Source: Fidelibacterota bacterium (GTDB lineage Bacteria > Fidelibacterota > Marinisomatia > Marinisomatales > S15-B10). Taken from it: a stretch of 11,721 nt of DNA. Numbering within the stretch: the stretch's first letter is position 1; each line of letters opens with the position of its first letter. This document shows positions 1 to 8,090 of this stretch, piece by piece. Location: NCBI GenBank assembly GCA_002729175.1, contig PBTS01000044.1:11428-23148 (forward strand), read 5' to 3'. The notes under the pieces were generated by a model. That model was not told the DNA's origin. It was given only the letters and a program-made list of their open reading frames with translations, and searched no databases. The position numbers and the translations under genes were made by a program.

Positions 1-1053
1 CGAAAATCGGGGCAACGGCCGTATACACTCATTGACTATTTTCCTGAGAATTTTCTCATGTTTCTTGACGAATCGCATGTTACTCTTCCCCAGATCCAAG
101 GCATGTATCACGGTGACAGGAGCAGGAAGGAAACGCTTGTTGAGTATGGTTTTCGCTTACCCTCAGCACTGGACAATCGACCAATGAAATACGAAGAATT
201 CGAAGAGTGCGTTAACCAAGCCATTTTTGTGTCCGCCACACCTTCTGATCGGGAACACGCCTACACCGGCGGCAGTGTTGTGGAACAGATCACCCGTCCC
301 ACAGGCCTGTTGGATCCTAAGGTAGATGTTCGCTCCACGGACGGACAGATCGACGACCTAATTGGTGAAATTCGGGCTCGGGTCAAAAGAAAAGAGAGAA
401 TTCTAGTTACAACTCTCACCAAAAGAATGTCAGAAGATCTTACAGATTACTTTATGGGAATGAACCTCCGGGTACGATATCTCCATTCTGAGATCAATTC
501 ACTGGAGCGGGTAAAGATTCTGAGAGATCTCAGGCTTGGTGAATTTGACGTACTGGTAGGTATCAACTTATTAAGGGAAGGGTTAGACCTGCCCGAGGTT
601 TCTCTTGTGGCCGTCTTGGATGCTGACAAGGAGGGATTTTTGAGATCCGAGCGATCATTGATGCAGGTTGCCGGCCGCGCTTCTAGAAATGTGAACGGGA
701 AGGTTATCTTCTACGCCGATAAGGTGACAAAATCCATGGAGAAAGTGATAGGCGAAACTAATCGGCGGAGGAAGATTCAAAAAGCTTACAATGAGGAACA
801 TCAGATCACTCCAACGACCATCTACAAGTCCATGGATGATGTGATTTTGACAACGTCCGTTGCTGATGCCGTTAAAGAAACGGATCATGTGGAATACGGG
901 AGAAAGGGCGACTGGTTTGATACATTGGACAAAGGCGCTGCCCTCGATATGATGAAGAACGAAATGTTAGAAGCGGCTGAGAATTTGAATTATGAAAAAG
1001 CAGCCCGCTTGAGAGATGATATTGAGAAACTGAGAGAAGAACTGGTAACCTGA
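1..1053 (+). CDS. uvrB: Excinuclease ABC subunit B (UvrB), C-terminal part; the gene starts upstream of the window
   Basis: The frame is open from base 1 ([28 protein letters not shown]...), so the ATG at 58 is internal. UvrB motifs: LDESH (Walker B), [56 protein letters not shown], and a C-terminal UVR coiled coil ([20 protein letters not shown]). Confidence 0.98.
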   Translation, partial: RKSGQRPYTLIDYFPENFLMFLDESHVTLPQIQGMYHGDRSRKETLVEYGFRLPSALDNRPMKYEEFEECVNQAIFVSATPSDREHAYTGGSVVEQITRPTGLLDPKVDVRSTDGQIDDLIGEIRARVKRKERILVTTLTKRMSEDLTDYFMGMNLRVRYLHSEINSLERVKILRDLRLGEFDVLVGINLLREGLDLPEVSLVAVLDADKEGFLRSERSLMQVAGRASRNVNGKVIFYADKVTKSMEKVIGETNRRRKIQKAYNEEHQITPTTIYKSMDDVILTTSVADAVKETDHVEYGRKGDWFDTLDKGAALDMMKNEMLEAAENLNYEKAARLRDDIEKLREELVT

Positions 1054-1090
1054 TGTGGAGCGTTATTATTATGTATTGGAATAAAGAATA

Positions 1091-2083
1091 ATGAAAGTTT
1101 TAGTTACGGGTGGAGCAGGCTACATCGGTGCCCATATTGTACTAGACCTGATAAATGCGGATCATGAGGTCGTTATCCTGGATGATATGTCGAGAGGTGC
1201 CGAGGAAAACATCCACACTGAGGCACAATTTGTTCTTGGCTCAACACTGGATGAGAATAAGGTGAAAGAAGTACTCTCCGGTGGGGTGGAGGCTGTGGTT
1301 CATTTGGCTGCATTCAAGGCCGCGGGAGAGTCTATGGTCGATCCAGAGAAATATTCCACAAACAATATTTCAGGCACACTGTGTTTGCTGAATGCCATGG
1401 CATCTACTGAGGTGAAAGCAATCGTCTTCTCCTCCACAGCTGCAGTTTATGGATATCCAGAGTATCTTCCTATGGACGAAGATCATCCTACAGAACCGAT
1501 CAACTTCTATGGCTACACAAAATTGGCTATCGAACAGTACCTGAAATGGTACGGTCAGCTGAAAGGGATAAAGTTTGCTGCTCTCCGTTATTTCAATGCC
1601 GCTGGTTATGATGGGGATAGTCGTGTCCTTGGGCTGGAAAAGAACCCTGCCAATCTTCTTCCAATTGTCATGGAGGTGGCGAGCGAACAAAAACAGAGGT
1701 TTGAATTGTTTGGCGACGATTATAAGACATCTGATGGCACCGGTATCCGGGATTACATTCACGTCACCGATTTGGCTTCAGCACATTTGCTAGCCCTGGA
1801 TTATTTACAGTCTCACCACTGCTTAACAGTCAATCTTGCTGCTGGCGAGAGCCATTCTGTTCTGGACGTGGTAAAAATGGCGAAAACGGTGACAAACCGA
1901 GATATACCATACAAAGTCGTAGATCGTCGCCCCGGCGACCCTGCTGAGCTGGTGGCTACGTCTAAATTTGCCCAAGAGACGCTGGGATGGAAGCCGAAAC
2001 ATTCCAATCTCAAGGAAATTTTGTTATCCATGTGGATAGTTTACCAACACCATTTTGTAAAAGAGCCTGAGGTTTTGGCATGA
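1091..2083 (+). CDS. galE: UDP-glucose 4-epimerase GalE (extended SDR family)
   Basis: Motifs MKVLVTGGAGYIG (NAD-binding), HLAAFKAAGES, FSSTAAVYG, YGYTK (YxxxK), LRYFNAAG, RDYIHVTDLA and RRPGDP; 330 aa. Confidence 0.95.
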   Translation: MKVLVTGGAGYIGAHIVLDLINADHEVVILDDMSRGAEENIHTEAQFVLGSTLDENKVKEVLSGGVEAVVHLAAFKAAGESMVDPEKYSTNNISGTLCLLNAMASTEVKAIVFSSTAAVYGYPEYLPMDEDHPTEPINFYGYTKLAIEQYLKWYGQLKGIKFAALRYFNAAGYDGDSRVLGLEKNPANLLPIVMEVASEQKQRFELFGDDYKTSDGTGIRDYIHVTDLASAHLLALDYLQSHHCLTVNLAAGESHSVLDVVKMAKTVTNRDIPYKVVDRRPGDPAELVATSKFAQETLGWKPKHSNLKEILLSMWIVYQHHFVKEPEVLA

Positions 2084-3282
2084 GTGATCTAGAAAGAGTC
2101 AGGCGCGATTCAGGTATTATAGGAACTTCTGAGGGAATTGAGCAGGTCCTGGAAATGATCGTCCAGATAGCACCAGTGGATATCTCTGTTTTAATTACCG
2201 GTGAATCAGGCACAGGTAAGGAAATGGTGGCGAAGGCGATACACAAGCAGAGCCGCCGGCCATCGAAACCGCTTGTTACCGTGAACTGTGGCGCTATTCC
2301 GGAAGGAATCATCGAGAGCGAACTTTTTGGTCACAAGAAAGGGGCTTTTACCGGAGCGGCTGAAGACAGAAAGGGATACTTTGAAGAAGCTGATAATGGA
2401 ACGGTATTCCTCGATGAAATCGGCGAAATGCCCGTTGAGACACAGGTAAAACTTCTACGAGTGCTTGAATCTGGCGAATTTATGCGTGTAGGCGATGCCA
2501 AAACGCGAAAGGTAGATGTGAGAATGATCGCCGCTACTAATAAAAATCTTGCTGAAGAATCGGATAAAGGTCGATTTCGCCGAGACCTTTACTACCGTCT
2601 CCGAACGGTGACCATTGATGTACCACCATTGCGTCAAAGGATGGAAGATATTGATCTATTAACGGAACGTTTTGCGCTTCTTTTTTCTCGCTCCAACGAT
2701 ATTGTTTTTCGAGGATTCAGTTCGGACGCCATCCGAGTGATGAAACAATACGACTGGCCGGGTAATATTCGGGAGCTGCGGAACTTTGTTGAGAGTGTTA
2801 TCTTGTTGGAAAAAGGGAACAAAATTTCGAGTGAAATGGTACTTAAACATCTGGAACCCATGGTAGGTAGGACTTCTTCAAATCTTCCTGTTCCTGTAGA
2901 TAAATCTTCCGGGCAAGCGGAACGAGAACTGATCCTGCAACAATTGCTATTCCTGAGGCAGGATATGCGGGAGATAAAAGGGCTGTTCTCCGGAGGCCAG
3001 ATCGATCGCAGCGGCGAAGTTGGCTATATCGATTCCGGCGGCGGATTGAATTTCAGTGCTTTAGAAGGTGATGTAGGAAACCTCCTTAAATCTGCTGCCA
3101 TTGGGGATATGAGTGTAAAAGATCTTGAGGTAGAACTGATCTCCCGTACATTGAAAAAATTCAATAATAACAGGCGAAAAACAGCAAGGGCTTTAGGAAT
3201 TAGCGAGCGGACGCTCTATCGAAAGATCAATGATTACGGGCTAGAAAAGAAGCAGAAGCGTTTTAAAGATACAGATGCATAA
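2080..3282 (+). CDS. Sigma54-dependent enhancer-binding protein (AAA+ plus C-terminal Fis-type HTH) with no N-terminal regulatory domain
   Basis: Walker A GESGTGKE (2200-2223), ESELFGHKKGAFTGA (GAFTGA at 2341-2358), Walker B VFLDEIGE, FRRDLYYRL, WPGNIRELRN, and HTH NRRKTARALGISERTLYRKI. The AAA+ core starts about 12 aa from the N-terminus. ATGA overlap with galE. Confidence 0.95.
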   Translation: MSDLERVRRDSGIIGTSEGIEQVLEMIVQIAPVDISVLITGESGTGKEMVAKAIHKQSRRPSKPLVTVNCGAIPEGIIESELFGHKKGAFTGAAEDRKGYFEEADNGTVFLDEIGEMPVETQVKLLRVLESGEFMRVGDAKTRKVDVRMIAATNKNLAEESDKGRFRRDLYYRLRTVTIDVPPLRQRMEDIDLLTERFALLFSRSNDIVFRGFSSDAIRVMKQYDWPGNIRELRNFVESVILLEKGNKISSEMVLKHLEPMVGRTSSNLPVPVDKSSGQAERELILQQLLFLRQDMREIKGLFSGGQIDRSGEVGYIDSGGGLNFSALEGDVGNLLKSAAIGDMSVKDLEVELISRTLKKFNNNRRKTARALGISERTLYRKINDYGLEKKQKRFKDTDA

Positions 3283-3850
3283 TAATCTGAAATTGAGTCG
3301 TTTAATCCGTGCCAGCATAATGTCGATATATTTATGGGTTTTCTCCGGCTGTGGCATCTACTCCTTTTCTGGTTCCATCCCGCCACATATTAAGAGTATT
3401 TCCATACCCCTGTTTGCGAATGAAACAGCTGAATTTGGCATTGCTGAGGCGGTAACCGATGAGGTGACAAATGTCTTTCTTGAGGAGAATATCTTGAAGA
3501 TCAGTGACCAGGGTGATTCAATTCTCAGAGGAAGTATAAAGAAAGTAGAAGATAAGCCATACACCTACTCTGAAATGGAAGAAGTACTCGAGTATCGCTA
3601 CAGTGTAGGAATTAGCGTAGAGTGGTTTGATGTTCGTGAGGAGAAAGTGCTTATCACAAAAAATTACACAAACTGGGGTGCCTATAGCCTGACGGCTGAT
3701 GTAGCGTCGGACGGAATCGACAATGATGGTGACGGCAAGGTGGACAGTGATGATCCAGATGAATCGGGAGATGCTCGAGAACTGGCCATGAAGGCTGCAG
3801 TGACAAAAATCTCCGAAAGTATTATTAATGATATAGTCTCAACGTGGTAG
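3275..3850 (+). CDS. lptE: LptE-family LPS-assembly outer-membrane lipoprotein
   Basis: Lipobox FSG-C followed by [30 protein letters not shown]...VTDEV, and a C-terminal helix ending IINDIVSTW, as in FCB-group LptE-like proteins. It lies directly downstream of the sigma54 Fis regulator, an arrangement I recall from Bacteroidota. The exact start codon is uncertain. Confidence 0.8.
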   Translation: MHNNLKLSRLIRASIMSIYLWVFSGCGIYSFSGSIPPHIKSISIPLFANETAEFGIAEAVTDEVTNVFLEENILKISDQGDSILRGSIKKVEDKPYTYSEMEEVLEYRYSVGISVEWFDVREEKVLITKNYTNWGAYSLTADVASDGIDNDGDGKVDSDDPDESGDARELAMKAAVTKISESIINDIVSTW

Positions 3851-3861
3851 AGGAACGAACT

Positions 3862-5154
3862 GTGGGTAAAACATATATAGCAGATCTGGCTGATCATGTG
3901 GGAAAAGAAGTGATGCTTAACGGATGGGTCTATAACAAGCGGTCCAGTGGGAAAATATGGTTCCTGATTTTGAGAGATGGTACGGGTTACACTCAGGGAG
4001 TGGTAGCTCAAGAGAATGTTCCCAATGAAGTTTTTGATTTGGAACCAGCACTAACACAGGAGTCGTCAGTTTCCATGGCGGGACTGGTGAAAAAAGATAA
4101 AAGAAGTATCGGTGGTTATGAACTGGACGTGAGCGACATCAAGGTGCATCAGATTGCGGAAGAATATCCCATCACCAAGAAGGAACACGGTACTGCTTTC
4201 CTTATGGATAACCGACATCTCTGGCTCCGCTCAAGGAAACAGAATGCTGTCCTAAAAGTACGAGCTGAGACGGTAAGGGCCATACGAGATTATTTCGATA
4301 GCAACGGCTTTGTGAATCTTGATACACCTATTTTTACAGCAAACGCTTGTGAAGGGACCACTACATTGTTTGAGACTGAATATTTTGGTCAAAAGGCATT
4401 TCTGGCCCAAAGCGGTCAATTGTACAACGAAGCGAATATCATGTCCTTTGGGAAGGTTTACTGCTTTGGCCCAACATTCCGGGCGGAGAAGTCTAAAACA
4501 CGGCGTCATTTGACAGAATTCTGGATGGTGGAGCCGGAAATAGCCTACTGTGATCTGGATGAAAATATGGACTGGGGTGAAGGATTGATTTGCCATATTG
4601 CGCAATGGGCATTGAATAATTGCCAGGAGCAGTTGGAAGTGTTGGAGAGACACACGTCCCAGTTGGAAAAGATCAAGGCGCCATTCCCCAGAATTAGCTA
4701 CACGGAAGCTGTTGATATTTTAAATACTAAAGGGGAAAAATTTGAGTGGGGCGGCGATTTCGGAGGCGGAGATGAGACTGTTATATCAGAACATTTCGAT
4801 GGACCTGTCATCGTCCACCGTTTTCCGGCTGCCATTAAAGCATTTTATATGAAGAGGGATCCTGAAAATGAAAAGCTTGCTCTTGGGATGGATATATTAG
4901 CACCGGAGGGCTACGGTGAGGTAATAGGAGGTGGTGAACGTGAACACGACTATGACACCCTGGTAAAGCGAATTAATGAACATAAACTACCGGAGGATGC
5001 TTTTCAATGGTACCTGGACCTAAGAAAATACGGTACTGTTCCCCATTCTGGTTTTGGCCTTGGTGTTGAGCGGACGGTGTCTTGGATCTGCGGGATTTCA
5101 CATTTGAGAGAGGCAATTCCTTTCCCGAGGATGATCTACAGGCTTGAACCGTGA
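3862..5154 (+). CDS. asnS: Asparagine--tRNA ligase (class IIb)
   Basis: OB-fold [50 protein letters not shown], motif 2 [25 protein letters not shown], and motif 3 [17 protein letters not shown]. The ORF track starts at GTG 3844; I prefer the in-frame GTG at 3862 because GAGG lies about 8 nt upstream and it avoids the lptE overlap. Confidence 0.95.
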   Translation: MGKTYIADLADHVGKEVMLNGWVYNKRSSGKIWFLILRDGTGYTQGVVAQENVPNEVFDLEPALTQESSVSMAGLVKKDKRSIGGYELDVSDIKVHQIAEEYPITKKEHGTAFLMDNRHLWLRSRKQNAVLKVRAETVRAIRDYFDSNGFVNLDTPIFTANACEGTTTLFETEYFGQKAFLAQSGQLYNEANIMSFGKVYCFGPTFRAEKSKTRRHLTEFWMVEPEIAYCDLDENMDWGEGLICHIAQWALNNCQEQLEVLERHTSQLEKIKAPFPRISYTEAVDILNTKGEKFEWGGDFGGGDETVISEHFDGPVIVHRFPAAIKAFYMKRDPENEKLALGMDILAPEGYGEVIGGGEREHDYDTLVKRINEHKLPEDAFQWYLDLRKYGTVPHSGFGLGVERTVSWICGISHLREAIPFPRMIYRLEP

Positions 5155-5209
5155 AGCATCACGAATTAGGCGATTATATGATTGAGTGATTTGGAAAGAG
5201 AATGAATAA

Positions 5210-5662
5210 ATGATTGAGAAGAAGCGTATTGCTGTTTTTGGTGGATCGGAATGTACAGCCCAAACAGCTGAAGCTGCCGAAATGGTAGGAAAGCTTTTGG
5301 CCGAAAAAGGGGTTTTGGTCTACTGCGGCGGAAGATCAGGTGTGATGAAAGCAGTCTGTAAAGGAACAAGTGAAGCTGGTGGTACGGTGGTGGGTATATT
5401 GCCCACGCAGGATGCGTCTGGTATTAACAGGTATGTTACTGTTCCCGTTGCAACTGGAGCGGGTCAGGGCCGAAATGTTATGATCGCCAATTCTGTCCAT
5501 GGTGCAATCGCTATTGCCGGCGCTTATGGGACTCTGTCTGAAATTGCCCACACGCTGGCTCAGAATAAACCTGTGGTTACATTGGGATCTTGGGACATTA
5601 AAGGTGTAAGTGAGGCTCAAACGCCTGAAGGAGCTGTTCAAAAAATATTGGAGCTCACATGA
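5210..5662 (+). CDS. TIGR00725-family SLOG (LOG/DprA-like Rossmann fold) nucleotide-binding protein
   Basis: Motifs RIAVFGGS, VYCGGRSGVMKAVCKG..EAGGTVVGILP, ATGAGQGRNVMIA, and AIAGAYGTLSEIA (a variant of the LOG PGGxGTxxE motif); 150 aa. Confidence 0.88.
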   Translation: MIEKKRIAVFGGSECTAQTAEAAEMVGKLLAEKGVLVYCGGRSGVMKAVCKGTSEAGGTVVGILPTQDASGINRYVTVPVATGAGQGRNVMIANSVHGAIAIAGAYGTLSEIAHTLAQNKPVVTLGSWDIKGVSEAQTPEGAVQKILELT

Positions 5663-5949
5663 ATGATGAAAAGAAATCAGTTAGTGTAAAGATCAAAGTG
5701 ACAGGCCGGGTGCAGAGGGTCGGTTACCGCTATTTTGTTCAGCACTGGGCTGAAGATTTTGGTATTGGCGGATGGGTCAGGAATCAGAGAGACGGTTCCG
5801 TTTTTCTCGAGGCTGAAGGGAGAAAAGACAGAATTGAAAAGTTGATAAAAGAATTGAAGGAGGGGCCCAGTATGGCCCAGGTGGAAGATGTGAATGTAAA
5901 ATGGGCTGGTTTTGAAAATAAATACAGAAATTTTGAGGTTAGATATTAA
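5659..5949 (+). CDS. acyP: Acylphosphatase
   Basis: VTGRVQRVGYRY (catalytic Arg), GWVRNQRDGSV (catalytic Asn), EGPSMAQVEDV and C-terminal FEVRY; 96 aa; ATGA overlap with the upstream gene. Confidence 0.93.
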   Translation: MNDEKKSVSVKIKVTGRVQRVGYRYFVQHWAEDFGIGGWVRNQRDGSVFLEAEGRKDRIEKLIKELKEGPSMAQVEDVNVKWAGFENKYRNFEVRY

Positions 5950-5970
5950 AGTATAGCTTTAACTGTATCC

Positions 5971-7584
5971 ATGAAAATAGCTCTGTGCCAGATTAATACC
6001 ACTGTAGGAGATTTCGAGAATAATTGTAAGAAGATTCTTTCATTCTATAGTAATTCTGTGGATGCTAATGCCGATATTGCTGTTTTTCCAGAATTGGCAA
6101 TTACCGGATATCCGCCCCAGGACCTCCTATTGGAACAATCGTTTGTGGAGAGGAATGTCCAAGAACTGGAGGCACTCACATCTGTTGTTGACGATGTTCC
6201 CATGGTGGTCGGCTATGTTCAACCTATCGGAAAAAATCTTTATAACAGTGCTGCGCTTCTGCAGAACGGAGAAATATCTGGTAGATATGATAAAGTGCTT
6301 CTACCCACATATGATGTTTTTGATGAAGATAGATATTTTACCGCAGGAGAAAAGCGGTCCCCGTTGAAAGCAAAGATTGGCAAGAAAACAATTATTCTCG
6401 GTATTGAAATTTGTGAAGATATGTGGGATGAAGATTATACCTGCAAAGTTACTGACGAACTGGTTAACGCAGGCGCCGAAATGATTCTTAACGTATCTGC
6501 ATCTCCTTTCAGCGAGGGGAAATTTTGTGAGCGGGAGAGACTTATTAAACGGCATGTGGATAGGTGCGGGGTTCCTTTTCTATATTGCAATCTTGTGGGA
6601 GGGCAGGATGAATTGATATTTGACGGAAACTCTATAGCTTATTCAGCTGATGGAAAACGGATTGCTGCTGCCACTTCTTTCAAAGAAGAGATGCTGATAG
6701 TAGATCTCGATTCGGACGAAGAGATTGGACATGACAACCTTTCTCGGGAACAAGAACTCTTTGCGGCAATAACATTGGGTATCAGCGATTACTTTCGTAA
6801 AACAGGGCATTCCAAATGCGTTATTGGGCTTAGCGGTGGCATCGATTCAGCCCTGACGGCCTGTCTGGCAAAAGAAGCCCTTGGTGAAGAAAATGTACTT
6901 TGTGTTTCTATGCCGTCCCGGTTCAGCACTCAACACAGTAAGGATGATGCCAAAGAACTTGCCGAAAATCTGGGTGTGGAATATCGAGTCCTTGCTATCG
7001 GTGAACTGGCGTCTGTATATGAAACAACATTTGATTCACAGTTTGACGGAATGGCTAGGGATATCACAGAGGAGAATATTCAGGCCCGCATAAGGGGAAA
7101 TTTTCTTATGGCTTTTGCAAACAAGATGGGATATCTCGTCATCTCGACGGGCAACAAAACGGAACTGGCTTTAGGTTACTGTACTCTCTATGGCGATATG
7201 AGCGGTGGGCTGGCGGCCATCAGCGATCTCAATAAAATGGATGTGTATGCTATGTGCGAATGGTATAATCAGGATCGGGGGAAAGAGATCATCCCAGCTA
7301 GCACCTTGACGAAAAAGCCATCTGCTGAACTGGTTGAAGATCAGGTGGATCCATTTGATTACGAAGTGGTGAGTCCATTGGTGGAAGAGATTGTAGAAAA
7401 TCACAGAACAAAGGCTGAACTAGTAAAACTTGGATATGATGCTAAACTGGTAAAAGATGTAAACCATTTGGTTCATCGATCAGAGTTCAAGCGGCGGCAA
7501 GCAGCTCCGGGACTACGCGTCACCTCCAAAGCTTTTGGTATGGGGCGCAGATATCCTATTGTTAATAGGTTTATGGAGAGTTGA
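5971..7584 (+). CDS. nadE: Glutamine-dependent NAD+ synthetase (nitrilase-like glutaminase domain plus synthetase domain)
   Basis: Glu-Lys-Cys triad contexts FPELAITGYPPQD, YDKVLLPTYDVFDEDRYF and EICEDMW; synthetase motifs GLSGGIDS, ENIQARIRG, STGNKTELALGYCTLYGDM, KPSAEL and SEFKRRQAAPG. Confidence 0.97.
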   Translation: MKIALCQINTTVGDFENNCKKILSFYSNSVDANADIAVFPELAITGYPPQDLLLEQSFVERNVQELEALTSVVDDVPMVVGYVQPIGKNLYNSAALLQNGEISGRYDKVLLPTYDVFDEDRYFTAGEKRSPLKAKIGKKTIILGIEICEDMWDEDYTCKVTDELVNAGAEMILNVSASPFSEGKFCERERLIKRHVDRCGVPFLYCNLVGGQDELIFDGNSIAYSADGKRIAAATSFKEEMLIVDLDSDEEIGHDNLSREQELFAAITLGISDYFRKTGHSKCVIGLSGGIDSALTACLAKEALGEENVLCVSMPSRFSTQHSKDDAKELAENLGVEYRVLAIGELASVYETTFDSQFDGMARDITEENIQARIRGNFLMAFANKMGYLVISTGNKTELALGYCTLYGDMSGGLAAISDLNKMDVYAMCEWYNQDRGKEIIPASTLTKKPSAELVEDQVDPFDYEVVSPLVEEIVENHRTKAELVKLGYDAKLVKDVNHLVHRSEFKRRQAAPGLRVTSKAFGMGRRYPIVNRFMES

Positions 7585-7612
7585 AATAACTTTGCATGCA
7601 AATCATATTCTT

Positions 7613-8053
7613 TTGAAAAGATTTATTCTATTTGTTCTTTATGGAGGATTTATTCTTCCTGTTTCAGCTCAGGACGGTGCCGATTACAGTTTCTGGTCGG
7701 ACCTAGAAGACGACAAAAAAGTTGCATTTGTTCAAGGGTACTACACCGGACTTGCCCGGGGCCTAAAAATACTAGGACAGGAAGCGGCGCGAATGCGGAG
7801 TCAGGATAAGTACTGGTCACCTCCTTTTTCACATGAAAATTCAGCAAAACGGATATCGGAGTTTTTCACCGATCCCATGCCGGATTACGCTGAAATTGCC
7901 CGAATGATCGATGTCCTTTTTGAGAATAGTGATAACAGGCATATTAAACTTGAAACGTCCATTTATATTCTTATGCTGCACCACGGGGGAAAGGAGCAGC
8001 GGGCCAATACCCTTCTACTAAGGGAGCAGAAGAGGGTTTTGAAGGGAAAATAA
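7613..8053 (+). CDS. Secreted/periplasmic hypothetical protein, probably all-alpha
   Basis: Fills the nadE-comEC gap on the operon strand. The track start (7535) overlaps nadE by 50 nt. The in-frame TTG at 7613 gives a clean Sec signal peptide, MKRFILFVLYGGFILPVSA|QD; TTG 7592 is an alternative start. No family confidently recognised. Confidence 0.75.
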   Translation: MKRFILFVLYGGFILPVSAQDGADYSFWSDLEDDKKVAFVQGYYTGLARGLKILGQEAARMRSQDKYWSPPFSHENSAKRISEFFTDPMPDYAEIARMIDVLFENSDNRHIKLETSIYILMLHHGGKEQRANTLLLREQKRVLKGK

Positions 8054-8090
8054 TCTGACACCGCCCACGTTCTTTCAGAGGGCGCCCCTT

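Noticed and set aside
3844..5154. Non-discriminating aspartyl-tRNA synthetase as an alternative to asnS
   Set aside because: [34 protein letters not shown] and [12 protein letters not shown] fit AsnRS better than AspRS, which typically has QSPQLYKQ and G.PPHGG.
5210..5662. SLOG protein interpreted as DprA (given the nearby comEC) or as a Thoeris-like defence component
   Set aside because: It is a 150-aa stand-alone domain with TIGR00725/LOG-type motifs. It lacks DprA's size and extra domains, and there are no TIR, SIR2 or effector neighbours.
7581..7602. Perfect 12-bp palindrome TTTGCATGCAAA (7591-7602) containing TTGCA, a possible sigma54 -12 element or operator
   Set aside because: The -24 position reads TG (7582-7583) rather than the invariant GG, so it is not a sigma54 promoter. 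A single short palindrome is too weak to call an operator.
7535..7612. Track start of the hypothetical protein at ATG 7535
   Set aside because: It overlaps the conserved nadE C-terminus by 50 nt and buries the signal peptide; TTG 7613 fits better.
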